Source of the DNA: Felis catus
Lineage: Eukaryota
DNA length: 64,000 nucleotides
Direction of reading: 5' to 3'
Assembly (NCBI RefSeq): GCF_018350175.1
Contig: NC_058368.1
Location: 179,864,001-179,928,000, forward strand
Both the position numbers and the translations under genes were made by a program. Every line of letters starts with the position of its first letter. Position 1 is the first letter of the stretch. Below, one piece after another: positions 1 through 11,599 of the stretch. The notes beneath the pieces were generated by a model. The model had not been told where the DNA came from. It saw only the letters and a list, made by a program, of their open reading frames with translations, and searched no databases.

Positions 1-1522
1 TTTGTATTCCTCATTGCACTGTATCTGGTATGAAAACAGTGTCTGGTACATGGCTGAAACCAAAGACATTTTTTTTAATGAATAAGTGAATGTCCTGGCT
101 ATTCCTTTCTATAGTGGGCACCTGAGTATCTTTGGGGTTCCCCTCTGCCCGGGCTGTCATCTAATCAAAGATGCATTGGTCCCTGACTGGGTATTTCAGC
201 ACTGAATGGGGAAGGGGTGGAGGGAAAGAATGACAACCCTTTCTGGAAATAAAGATTTTTTGAGTGAAAGGTGATTGTAGAGATTATCCACTGACTCCTC
301 ATTATACAGGTGAGGAGATAAAGTGTTTCAAGGTCAAGGGCTCATTACATTACCAGCCATATTTACAGCCCAAATTGTCAGTACTTGAGACACCAATTCT
401 TACATAAAGTCTTGCTGCCTGCCCTCAGTCATAGAGCATGATCCTTCCTGAATGCATTGCCCTTTTTCCCCTAAAGCTAGGTTAACCTTCAGCAAATTAA
501 TAAAGCTCCAGCATCTCTTCTCCGTTCCTTTTGGATTCCCTGTCTTCAGTCTCAATGTCCTCCTCCAACTAGGTGCAGTGACCCTTTCCACTCTAAGGGT
601 GCCCCCTATGCCCACCTTTCCTGACCAAATTTCATCCTTAAAACTTACCTGTTCTATATGCATTATACATTGGTTTGTAACTTTGTTGATTCAACTGTCG
701 AACACACCACCTTGTTGTGTCCCTGGGTTCATATGCAGCACAGCTCAGTTAACACCCACATTCAAACTGGGACCTCCTGGAGCTATTTAGCAACAAGAAT
801 TTGGGACACTGTTATTAACCAGTATGTGAGTTTATATTCCACTTGCATTAGGTCAGCCCTGTCTCAGCAGAAAAAGCCATAGATTTTACCTCTCAAACAG
901 GGATTCCCCCAGCCAGGCATATGTTAAAGACTGCTTGGACTCATCAAAACTGAATTGACTTGGTTCTTCCATCACTTGCCATCTGTACATGGACTGAAGG
1001 TTAAACCTTGAGTGATTTGTGCCCTCTAAGTGTACCATAAGTCATTCAGGTCCATGTGGATAGTGTAAGACACCCTGGGTGCTATCATTGGCTCAGCCAT
1101 GGTTGTTGGAACTAACTGTTCCTGCCCTAACTTGCAAGTGTGGAATATGTCCCAGGTCTTAACTCCCCCATCTGTAAAATGATTCTGACTCAACAGCTGC
1201 CTTTTGTATGTTTCTATATGTATACATGTTATTTTACTTAATTGGGGAAAGGGAGGCATGACTTGCGTTTATTGTTTAATACCTGGGCAGTATGGCTAAT
1301 ATAAGCCTGGTGTCAGACAATAGGGAGTGGTGGAGAGCATAGTGCACTGGGCATGTGTCCACCAAGAGGGCAGGATGGCAGGATCTGGTGGATAGTGAGA
1401 CTGTCTCTTCAACCTCAATCCTCCCCCTCCCCAGTTGGGTAGCAGCAATGTGCTTAGGATGGAACCCCTCCAAGCCAGTTGTTATGCTCCCCACTGGTAT
1501 AAACTAATCAGAAGAATTCTGT

Positions 1523-1749
1523 TTTTTTTTTTAATTTTTTTTTCAACATTTTTTATTTATTTTTGGGACAGAGAGAGACAGACCATGAATGGGGGAGGGG
1601 CAGAGAGAGAGGGAGACACAGAATCAGAAACAGGCTCCAGGCTCTGAGCCATCAGCCCAGAGCCTGACGCGGGGCTCGAACTCACGGACCGCGAGATCGT
1701 GACCTGGCTGAAGTCGGACGCTTAACCGACTGCGCCACCCAGGCGCCCC
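1523..1749 (-). mobile_element. Young felid CanSINE (SINEC_Fc type)
   Basis: Reverse complement begins GGGGCGCCTGGGTGGCGCAGTCGGTTAAGCGTCCGAC, followed by a B-box (GAGTTCGAGCCC), CT tract and A tail. CpGs are intact. Exact TSD TAATCAGAAGAATTCTGT at 1505-1522 and 1751-1768. Confidence 0.97.
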
Positions 1750-1829
1750 ATAATCAGAAGAATTCTGTACACCCATGCTATCATTATTGTTTCAGGTAAT
1801 CCAGGTTTAAACCAAACCACAGAACAATA

Positions 1830-2200
1830 TATAAAGCCGTAAGTATTAGTTCAAGATGACTTGATTAACCCAAAGCTCTGATCTTTGCTGGATATTCTGA
1901 GGCACATAAAGTCTGATTGCTTCTCAGTGATACAGAATGAAATTGTAATGTCTAGGACCACAATGGCCATTTTGCCCCCATGAGGGGAGCCAGCCTTTTG
2001 ATGAAGTCAGCATCTTAGAAGGAAGAATGGAGGAAGTAGAAAAAATTGGGTCCTCTATGACCTTTTTGAGCTCTATCTCTAACCAGCCTTGCCTTCTGAT
2101 CTATTTCTGGACTTTTCAGGCATTTAGCTTGGGTTTTTTTGTTTGTTTGGTTTTTTAGTTTTGTTTTTTTACTACTTAGATTCTTACTCAAGTTAGCTCC
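1830..2200 (+). mobile_element. Old MaLR LTR fragment (MLT1J/K-like)
   Basis: GGCCATTTTGCCCCCATGAGGGGAGCCAGCC...GGGTCCTCTATGAC...TTTCTGGACTTTTCAG resembles the MLT1 consensus; boundaries approximate. Confidence 0.6.
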
Positions 2201-2794
2201 ATCAATATTTACTAGATGAGAATACAGGACCACAGTTTTCATATCTTCCTTTTTTCCCCCAATAAAATCTGGAAATTTGGAGTTTTAGCTTAAGTTACAT
2301 TATTAAAGTACCATAAGGCCAAGTAAAGCCAAGTAAAGATCTCTCTGAACTCCCATTCCACACATCCTACTGCTCTAGCGATCTGACTTTAATATTCTCT
2401 GGGTCTGTGACTACAAATCCTTGCTGGACCCCAGTATTTTCTCTCCAGTAGTCTTAACCTGGCTTTGTGTGGCCAGCTCTGTGTCAGAATCTTAACATTC
2501 TCCGGAACACTGAAGAAGTAACCCTTCAGTTCCCACTGAGCTAATGAACGTTTGGATAACTTAAGGACTTTGTGGTTTCTTAAGATTCAGGCAGAATGGG
2601 GAAAATTAGGGAAAAAAAACACCTAAGGGTATTATATCTACCTTCTCACTACTGTCCTCTTCACTACCACCTCCAGTTGGCCAAAGAGAAAGCACCTTCT
2701 CCCAGCTCTAGCAAGACCGACTGCTATGTCTCCTGACCCTGCTCTGGGCTCTGTCTCTTCCATTGAGTCACAGACCATCAGAATAGGGAAGAAT

Positions 2795-2920
2795 TATCTG
2801 CTTGAGCCTCATCATTTTGCAGATGGTGGAAAGAGTTCCCAGACATGAGATAACCTTACCTATGACTACATAACGAAATTAGTAAAGCTATGCCAAGCTT
2901 TAAATCCACAAATCTTGACC
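2795..2920 (-). mobile_element. MIR fragment
   Basis: CTCATCATTTTGCAGATGGTGGAAAG...TAACCTTACCTATGACTACATAAC matches a degraded MIR core in reverse. Confidence 0.55.
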
Positions 2921-3044
2921 TTTACTTAATTTTATGTTATCTACATTTTACTATGTTGTGCCTCTTTCTTTTATCCCAGACCAAACCATCTAGGCCAAGA
3001 ATCTATTTTTGGTAGAACACATTGTCAGGGAATGTTCATGATAC

Positions 3045-3260
3045 TTTAGAGCCAGTTGGCCATGAGTTTGAATCCCAGCTCTACCATTTAAATGTACATG
3101 ATCTTGGACAAGATATGCGAGGATCCCAGAGCCTCAGTTTCCCCCATATGTAAAGAAAGTATGAAATCATACTTCTTTTGGTTTTTATGATGATTAAAGA
3201 AACCAATCATGTAAAACATTAAGCACAGGATCTGGCATATAGTGGGAATTGAACAAATAT
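3045..3260 (+). mobile_element. MIR SINE
   Basis: GAGTTTGAATCCCAGCTCTACCA...GAGCCTCAGTTTCCCCCATATGTAAA...CATGTAAAACATTAAGCACAGGATCTGGCATATAGT. Confidence 0.85.
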
Positions 3261-3604
3261 GCTTGACTTCTTTCTTTTCAGAAAGCTTATACTTCTAGGG
3301 AGGAGGCATTACTGCTTAACTCTTGTCTTCTGGATTTTACACACTCATCTGATTATGCAAGTATTGATCAGAGATTAATGCACATCTACAATGTGCATGC
3401 ATTTGCTAGACAACATAGGTATAGTAGTGAATAAGTAAGGCATGGCCCCTGCCCTCCTAGCATTTGTAATCCAGCAGGGAAGATAGTCACTTAAACAAGT
3501 GTGTAGAAAATACGCAACAGAGTCCCTGATTCTCCCTAAAGCCAGAAGCCATGTTAGGAAATTGATATATGTGGCCAAAATGTAGGTCTCTCAGTCTCAT
3601 TGTG

Positions 3605-3800
3605 CAGGATTGAGTCCTGGGTTGGCCTTCTACTAGTGTGTCACCTTGGGCAAGTTGCTTAACCTCTCCATGCCTTAGTTTCCTTACCTCTGACATAAGG
3701 ATAATAGTTCCTGCCTCATAGGAACATTGCAAGTGTGCAAGCATATGTAACAGTGCCTAGCACAATGAGAGTACTCAATAACATCCCTTGTTGTTATTAT
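3605..3800 (+). mobile_element. MIR SINE
   Basis: TGTGTCACCTTGGGCAAGTTGCTTAACCTCTCCATGCCTTAGTTTCCTTACCT...AACAGTGCCTAGCACA...TACTCAATAA. Confidence 0.85.
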
Positions 3801-4369
3801 CTGGGGTGGCATTGTTCTCACTAATGCCAGACATCTTGATATCCACTGGAAGCCACAACTGCGGTCCTGCATATCTGAACTTAACAGAGAAGAAACATCT
3901 CCAAGCTGACTGCCAAGCACAGAGAAGTTGGAGCTAGGGGCCTGGGGGCGCAGAACTAAGCAGCCATGTCCTCAAGGCTCCAAAGCCCTCTGCCCACATC
4001 ACTAGAACAGATTCTTGGCCCCCACCTTGGGTTCCATTCCAGAGAGATCACCTGCTCCAGACAGCCTGGGAGGTGAGGCCTCTGCCAGGTTGTCACTCAT
4101 AATTTGAACAAACGATATCGTGTTTGCTTTTTCTTCTACTTACAGACACTTTATCCCACAAAGTCAAAGACAGTGTGGAATAGGGGCCTCTACAGGGTGG
4201 TTCTCACATGTGCAGGGGGGATTTTCTTATACATGTTTGATTGTGCAGTCATATTAACACAGACAGAAGCTTTCTTTCCCCTGATGAGCTCTACCTGGCT
4301 TTGAATACCTGCCAGGACATTGGATGTTATTTTTGGGAGAGGCTTTAGATTCCCTAGGGCCTAGGCCAA

Positions 4370-4480
4370 CTCCTTCTTTTATGGATGGGTAAACTAAGGC
4401 CTAGGATGAAACAACCTGTATGAGGTCACAAGCAAGGTAGTATAGGAGCCAGGATTAGAACTCAGGCTTCCAGATCTATT
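4370..4480 (-). mobile_element. MIR fragment
   Basis: GATGGGTAAACTAAGGCCTAG...GAGGTCACA...GGAGCCAGGATTAGAACTCAGGCTTCC. Confidence 0.7.
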
Positions 4481-5009
4481 TCTATTTCTAGTAGTGTTAT
4501 TCCTATTTTGCCACAGTGCCAGTAAGGCTTAATGCTGAAAGGCAGCCACTTTCTTTTCAAATCTCAACCTGAATCAATTGGCTATGCCTGCCTGGAGTCG
4601 TCTGCAAGGCAGAGTGGTGAAGCCACATCAGCCTCATGAAAAGAGTTGGATGGATTAGCAATGTCTGCCACGGACAGGAGCATGAGGCCATGTTCTGCAC
4701 ACATTATTATTCTTGACTTCTTGTAAGCCAAGAGAGGCACCACTCAAGGTACAATTTCAGTCAGAAAACCACAGGCAGGAAGGAGAGTCTGAAGTGTTGA
4801 GTTAACTTGGAGTGGAGTGGGGAATGTGGAGGAGAGAATGCCAGTTCACCACTTCACCCTCTCTCATCAGCACATGTGATCCAGTTGCCCCCTGCAGGCA
4901 ACCGTTTAATCTCTCTGCACTCCAACTCCCTCCCCTTCTCTTTCCTGAGGAAAAAATCCTCCCTAAGTCAAGGAATTGTCATGGGTTGTAGATGAAAAGT
5001 GGGTGTGTA

Positions 5010-5250
5010 CACGGTGGTTACAGGCACAGACGGTGCAGGCAGAGAGTTCTGGCATTGAATCCCAGCTTCCCACTTGCTAGTTAGTTTACAATGAGCACCT
5101 TATTTAATTTTAGGGGGCTTCAGTTTCTTTCTCTGTAAAATGGGGATGATGATGCCTGTCTATCCCATGGGGGTTTATGAGGAATAAAAGAATGCATGTA
5201 AAATCCTAAGGACCATTCCTAGCATGTTATTAATTCTCATGTAATAAAAT
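5010..5250 (+). mobile_element. MIR SINE
   Basis: TTGAATCCCAGCTTCCCACTTGCTAG...CTTCAGTTTCTTTCTCTGTAAAATGGGGATGAT...AATGCATGTAAAA. Confidence 0.85.
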
Positions 5251-5316
5251 GGTGGCAGAACATGAATATATCTTGAAACTGTAAAGTGCTGTGGCCATAG
5301 CAACTTCTTTCTAGAT

Positions 5317-5721
5317 ATGTGTCCTGAGGCAAGGGAAACAAAAGCAAAAACAAACTATTGGGACTACATCAAAATAAAAAGCCTCTGCATAGCAAAGGAA
5401 ACAATCAGCAAAACTGAAAGACAACCTACGAAATGGAGGAGGATATTTGCCAATGACATGGCCGGTAAAGGCTTAGTATCCAAAATATATAAGGAACTCA
5501 TAAAACTCAACACCCAAAACACAAAGAATCCAATTAAAAAATGGGCGGAAGACATGAATAGACATTTCTCCAAAGAAGACATACAGATGGCCAACAGACA
5601 CATGAAAAAATTCTCATCATCAATTATCAGGGAAATGCAAATTGAAAGTACAATGAGGTATCACCGCACACTTGTCAGAATGGCTAAAATCAACAACACG
5701 GGAAACAACAGGTGTTGGTGA
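5317..5721 (+). pseudogene. L1 ORF2p C-terminal remnant (non-functional)
   Basis: 134-aa frame inside the truncated L1. It lacks the endonuclease and RT domains and stops prematurely after NNRCW. Confidence 0.9.
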
Positions 5722-5877
5722 GGGTGGGGAGAAAAAGGAACCTTCATGCACTGTTGGTGGGGATACAAACCGATATAGCCACTGTGGGAAACAGTATCTG
5801 GATGCCTCAAAAAGTTAAAAATACAACTACCCTATGATCCAGCAATCACACTACTGGGTGTTTACCCAAAGAATACA

Positions 5878-6126
5878 GGGGCACCTGGGTGGCTCAGTCG
5901 GTTAAGCGGCCGACTTTGGCTCAGGTCATGATCTCGCAGTCCATGAGTTCGAGCCCCACATCGGGCTGTGTGCTGACAGCTCAGAGCCTGGAGCCTGTTT
6001 CAGATTCTGTGTCTCCCTCTCTCTGACCCTCCCCCATTCATGGTCTGTCTCTCTCTGTCTCAAAAATAAATAAACGTTAAAAAATTTTTTAAAAAAAAAT
6101 AAAAAATAAAAATAAATTTAAAAAAA
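5878..6126 (+). mobile_element. CanSINE (SINEC_Fc type) inserted in the L1
   Basis: GGGGCACCTGGGTGGCTCAGTCGGTTAAGCG head and long A-rich tail. TSD CAAAGAATACA at 5867-5877 and 6127-6137. Confidence 0.96.
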
Positions 6127-6246
6127 CAAAGAATACAAAAACACTGATACAAAGGGATACACGTACCCCTATGTTTATGGCAGCATTATTTACAATAGCC
6201 AAGATACGGGAGTAGCCCAAGGGTCCATAATTGATGAATAAAGAAG

Positions 6247-6248
<2 letters not shown>

Positions 6249-6286
<38 letters not shown>
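6249..6286. repeat. (GT)19 microsatellite within the L1
   Basis: Read directly. Confidence 0.97.
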
Positions 6287-6289
<3 letters not shown>

Positions 6290-6673
6290 CGTGTGCACAT
6301 GGTGCATCCCCAGTGGAATATTATTCAGCCATAAAAAATAATGAAACCTTGCCATTTGCAAAGACATGGATGGAGCTAGAGTATAATGCTAAAAGGAAGA
6401 CAAATACACAAATTTCACTCACATGTGGAACTTAAGAAATAAAACAAAAGGAAAAATAAGAGAAAGACAAATCAAACAGATTTTTAACTACAAAGAACAA
6501 ATGGATAGCTATCAGAAGGGAAGTGGAGGTGGGTAGTGAAATAGGTAATGGGGATTAAGGAGTCCATTTGTGATGAGTACAGGGTGATGTATAGAATTGT
6601 TGAATCACTATATTGTACACCTGAAACTAATATAACACTGTATGTTAACTGTATTGGAATTAACATAAAAACC

Positions 6674-6888
6674 AGGGCACCTGGGTGGCTCAGTCAGTTA
6701 AGCATCTGACTCTTGGTTTTGGCTCGGGTCGTAACCTTACAGTTCATGAGATCGAGCCCAGTGTCAGGCTCTGTGCTGACAACTCGGAGCCTGCTTGGGT
6801 TTCTCTGTCTCACTCTCTCTTTCCCATTCTCTCTCTGCCCCACCTCCACCTCTCTCTCAAAATAAATAAACATAAAAAAAAATAAAAA
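6674..6888 (+). mobile_element. CanSINE A (older variant) at the L1 tail
   Basis: AGGGCACCTGGGTGGCTCAGTCAGTTAAGCATCTGACTCTTGG head, CT tract, AATAAATAAAC tail. Confidence 0.93.
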
Positions 6889-6928
6889 GGGGTGCCTAGG
6901 TGACTCAGTCGGTTAAGGGTCAGACTCA

Positions 6929-7130
6929 TTTTTTTTTAATGTTTATTCATTTTTGAGAGAGAAAGAGGGGGGAGGGGCAGGCAGAGAGGGAGACACAGAA
7001 TCTGAAGCAGACTCCAGGCTCCAAGCTGCCAGCCCAGAGCCCGACACAGGACTGGAACTCACAAACCGTGAGATCATGACCTGAGCCGAAGTTGGACACT
7101 TACCCTGAGACTGAGCCACCCAGGCGCCCC
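6929..7130 (-). mobile_element. CanSINE C inserted in the head of SINE B
   Basis: Ends TGAGCCACCCAGGCGCCCC. TSD AGGGTCAGA(C/T)TC at 6916-6927 and 7131-7142. Confidence 0.94.
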
Positions 7131-7304
7131 AGGGTCAGATTCTTGATTTCAGCTCAGGTCATGATCTCACCATTTGTGAATTCCAGCCCCGCATCAGACT
7201 CTGTGCTAACAGTGGGGAGCCTGCCTGGGATTCTCTCTCTCTCTCTCTCTGCTTTTATCCCTCTTGTTCTCTCTCTCTCCCAAAATAAATTAATAAATAG
7301 ATTT

Positions 7305-7519
7305 AAAAAAATTTTTTTAATGTTTATTTATTTTTGAGAGAGACAGAGACAGAGTGTGAGCAGGGGAGGAGCAGAAAGAGAGGGAGACACAATCCGAAGC
7401 AGGCTCCAGGCTCCATGCTGTCAGCACAGAGCCCGATGCGGGGCTCGAACCCACAAAGTGTGAGATCATGACTTGAGGCGAAGTCAGACGCTTAACCTAC
7501 TGAGCCACCCAGGAGCCCC
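7305..7519 (-). mobile_element. CanSINE D inserted in the tail of SINE B
   Basis: Ends TGAGCCACCCAGGAGCCCC; flanked by similar A-rich sequences AATAAATAGATTT and AATAAATAAACTTT. Confidence 0.93.
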
Positions 7520-7724
7520 AAATAAATAAACTTTAAAAAAATAATAAAAATAGAAAGGAATTAACAGTGTTTAGGTAACCAAACTGCTATTTATATCAAA
7601 CCCCCACTACAGTGCTTGAGACTCAGCGTGGTTTAGGGACTGATACAAGGTTACACAGCGAATAACCAGGACTAGAATCCATGGCACCTTGATGCCTCTC
7701 CACTTCCACATATACACAGCAGAG

Positions 7725-7898
7725 GGTGCAACAGAATCATCTGGGAAGCTTGTTAAAACATACACACCTAAAAAATATATATATACATATATGTATATAT
7801 GTATGTGTGTATATATACATATATATGTATGTATGTGTATATGTGTATGTATATATATATATACACACACATATATACATATATATACACATATATAC

Positions 7899-7952
<54 letters not shown>

Positions 7953-8212
7953 CAGAGCCTCTGGAGTGGGGCCCAGAAACAGGTACCATTAAATCAGCTG
8001 TGATTCTGGGGCACAGTCAGGTTGGGCAACCATTGCTAGGCCTTGGCTACTCAAAGTGGGCCCAGGGAACCAACAGAATTGGTATCACCTGGGAGCTTTT
8101 TAAACCTGAAAAGCAGCCCAGGCTCTGGTCCAGACTTCCTGAATCAGAATCTGCATGCTAACAAGATTCCCCTGGGTGGCGTATTTGTACTGACGTTGGA
8201 GACGCCAGGTCT
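7725..8212. mobile_element. Two adjacent MER5A/MER5B-like hAT-Charlie fossils, the first split by a microsatellite
   Basis: First copy: AGAATCATCTGGGAAGCTTGTTAAAA...ATCAGAGCCTCTGGAGTGGGGCCCAG...GGCAACCATTG. Second copy: CTACTCAAAGTGGG...ATCACCTGGGAGCTT...GAATCAGAATCTGCATGCTAACAAGATTCCC. Confidence 0.75.
7775..7950. repeat. Compound (TA/TG/CA) microsatellite ending in about (TG)24
   Basis: Read directly; uninterrupted purine-pyrimidine alternation. Confidence 0.97.
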
Positions 8213-11200
8213 GTAAGACGCACAGCCACAACGTTCTCGTGGCCAGTCCCAACGGCAATGTGCTTTAACAGGTGCCAGAATTAACAAAAATATCTGCCTT
8301 ACACTGAAGAGAGTATACAGACCTGGGATGAAGTAAAATTAAGCCTTCGACCTTGTAGGTATCAGCAATATTTTCAAAACCCAGCTACCTCAAAGACGGG
8401 CTTCCTCTGTTTCTTCATGGATCAGTTGATTGAAATTTCTCACAGCAGGTCAAAGGTAATTTGATGGGTTTTTTTTTTGTTTTTTTTTAGTGAACCTTAA
8501 TATTTCTTCAAATGTCTTGGCATCCGTCTTACTATTGTCTACATAAACGTACACCAGTTTCTCCAAGTTGTTCTTATCTAACATACAGAGAGGACATCTT
8601 CAGCTGATTTTCTTATACTCTGACTTCTCAGAGACCCTAATGGCTTTTTAGGTCTTTTGGCTTATGGTGGATTGTTTCTGAAGAAGAGTTTTGTTCCGAT
8701 GTTACTTCAAATAGTGGGTATTCGTGGAGCGCATGATCAACAGCCTTTATGTTTGAAATAGGCAGGAAGGAATTTCTCTCTAGAAAGAGATTGTTTGATT
8801 TCTAGTTGGACAGGCACCATTTGTGTGTGTGTTTCCCCCCTTTAAATCCCAAAATGAGTTTCCCTTGTGCATGGTGTGGTTGCATCCAGGATCTGTGTTG
8901 CACTAGACCAGCAGATCACTGCCCCCTCTGTTTTGCTGGCATGGACAGAACCCAAATGTTTTGTTGGCTGGTCTTTCCTCCTATTTCTTGAGCAAAGTAA
9001 GACCAAACTCAGAGGGATTCACCTCTCCAAACCTGAAATCTTAGCCACTAATGTAGACATCTTCCTGCAGAATTAATTGGGGGGGGGGGCGGGTTGGAGG
9101 GTGGCTATCAGGGGCAGGAGGGAAGGCTCCGTCGCATGTCACAAAACAGAACTTACACAGACTCATCTTTCGAGCTCTCTTCCCTGCTGGTACTCATTTA
9201 GGTCTCCTCTCCCTCCCTCACTGCAATACACAGTCCTTAAAATCCCCTCTCTTACCCTAAATGTTTCAGCAGTGGCCCAAAGCCCAGAGGTTTGGAAGTG
9301 GGTCCAACGGTCACCTGTCTCCCAAGCCTGCCCCTTACAGGCAGCAGCTTGAGCACCTGGCCATATGGCCAATACTGAAGCGTGTCTTCCAGGGTGTAAT
9401 CAGAGCCAAGGATTTTGAGCTCCAGCCTTCCCATCTCTTGGTCTTCAGACCGTCCTGACCCAGGGCAGGAGCTCACTAAACCAGCAACCTGAACTAACGA
9501 ACAGGCTGGAATCTGTTGGCTGGAAGGGGGAGATACAGGCAGGAGAGCAGGAAGCAGTTTAGTCCTGACCATTAGTATTCTCAACTCTGAGAAAGCAGCC
9601 ATACAGAGTCCCTCTTGGGGGAGCCTCCAGGGAGTACTGCTGTCTAACCTGCAAAAATAGAAAAATAATTTTCTTTTCAAAACGCCACACTACCCAAGTG
9701 ATTTGCTAATGGGTTCTGGCAGGCTTTGTATTAGCCTGAGAAGCCATTCAGACCACCACTGACAATGTCAAACTTATAAATTGCTCTTGTTAAAACCTGC
9801 ACATCAAAATTAAATAGGAAACACCTGGTAAACTGCCCTCCCCACCCCCCACCACAGGGAAGGCCAGGAGGGCCACTAGGTGGTCAGAGAAATGTGGCCA
9901 ACCAACAGGCCTTCCTGTAGAATGCCCAGAGACATTCTGAAGTCATTGGAGGCAACAGCGGGAGATGGGGTTAGGACTTTGGGCTTTGGGTCACATCCAA
10001 CAGAGGTGCAGGTAGGGTTTTTCTTCTTTTTGTGACCATTAAAAATACAGTTTTTGTTTTGCTTGAAAATGGGAAGACCTGGCCACCCTCGCCCACATTC
10101 TCTCATGGCAATAGTCAACTGGAACAACTGTACTCTTTAGGTAATCTCTTTACTTTGCATTTTACCAAACAATTGCTTTCCTTCTGGCCTCTTCGCTCTC
10201 CTGCCTTACCTGCCATACCCTACCTGCAGACCTTGGTTTTCTCATCTGTAAGGTGGAGGTGATAATGCCCACCTGGTAGTAATAGCTCAATTAGCCAATA
10301 GGATAATTATTTCTGGTACCCTACTTCTTGAAGCATCAACCAGCTGAAAACTGTAAGACAGGGATCCTTGAAGCCATGAGAGATGCTTTTACTCTCTCGG
10401 AGCCTCTTTTACTCTAAAGGAGGACTTTTTCCTCCCCGGCCCCCAACCAAAACAGCCAGTATTTCTAATGAACAATTGTAATATTTACAGAGAGAACCTT
10501 GTATGTGCCAGACACAGTTCTCTCACTTTGTGTCCATTATCTGTGTTTCTCCACACCCAGCAAAGCTGGAACAATTATTCCCGGTTTATTGATGAGTAGG
10601 GAGGGCCCAAGAGGCTGACTAACCTTCCCAAAGCCACCTCCTTCAGAGAAGCTGTCACCAAAAACATCCTACCTCCTCCTTCCTGTGTTTGATCACCAAG
10701 AATAAGACAATTTTCAGTGAATTGCTGGGCTCTGGAGTGACACCTGTTTCCCCAGAGCAGAAATGACACCTTTGAAGTAAAATTTTCTTAGCTCCCAGCT
10801 CTACAGGAAAAACCTATTTGGGGGCCCATTATGGCTGCATTCTGGAAGCCGTCAACTCGGATGCTTAAATATAGCAGCTTTTCAGTTCTCGGGCGCTGGC
10901 GGCAGGAAAAACATTTTGAAGGGCAAATAAATATTTATGTATGAGGGCTCTTTGTGCACAGTAAATGTTTGATTCTGTTGCCCCAATTCCCTGGGCTGAG
11001 AGTCAATTATGGAGCCCAGAAGAGAGCTTGCAAGTAAATATGCATTCACCACCTAGATTCCTGCAACGAGGTTAGAGTGAACATCTATATGTGGGCTCTG
11101 CGCCCTGTGTCAGTGGAAACAAGCTATGAAGTGCTTGCATGTGCCTGGAGACCTGCCTAGTGCTTCGCACTAATTATCTCATTTAATTGTCGCAACCCTT

Positions 11201-11599
11201 CATTTTGTAGATGAGAAGCAGCTGAGGTTGTTTCTGACCTGTTGTGTGTAGACATGGGCCCAGGAAAAAAAGCTAATCTCACTTTTCTCACTTTTCTCCC
11301 TTTCACACTAACCTGCAGACTCCTTGGAGAGTAGCTGGGGTGATAACAGTTGCAAAGATACTCCTGGGCCCTTTCCAGAGGGCAGCCCCTCTAAGCACTT
11401 GCTGTTGCTGCAAATCCTCAGAACTGCATGCTAAATGAACGAGTGAAGGTATACTCATCTACTCACAGTCATGGTAGTGGGAGGAGAAACCTCCATGTGG
11501 ATTATTCCTAAATCTGTGGAGAAGATATCAGAGGAAAGAAGCCTCCAACTGGATCTGATTGTTATGGGAAGGAATAGTGTTCTCCAGTGGATTTGACCT

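Larger units (their letters stand above)
5292..6672 (+). mobile_element. 5'-truncated carnivore LINE-1 (ORF2 C-terminus + 3' UTR), interrupted by a SINE and a (GT)n
   Basis: The translation [10 protein letters not shown]...SKIYKEL...[28 protein letters not shown]...REMQI...MRYH is typical L1 ORF2p. The 3' UTR ends TATTGTACACCTGAAACTAATATAACACTGTATGTTAACT. Confidence 0.95.
6889..7550 (+). mobile_element. CanSINE B, split by two later antisense SINE insertions
   Basis: Head at 6889-6927; body resumes at 7131 (TCTTGATTTCAGCTCAGGTCATGATCTC) to about 7304; A tail resumes at 7520-7550. Confidence 0.88.

Noticed and set aside
2318..2338. GCCAAGTAAA tandem duplication
   Set aside because: An ordinary 10-bp slippage duplication with no further structure.
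7607..8161. Overlapping 73-120 aa ORFs rich in Y/I/C/V/H/T
   Set aside because: These are microsatellite translations.
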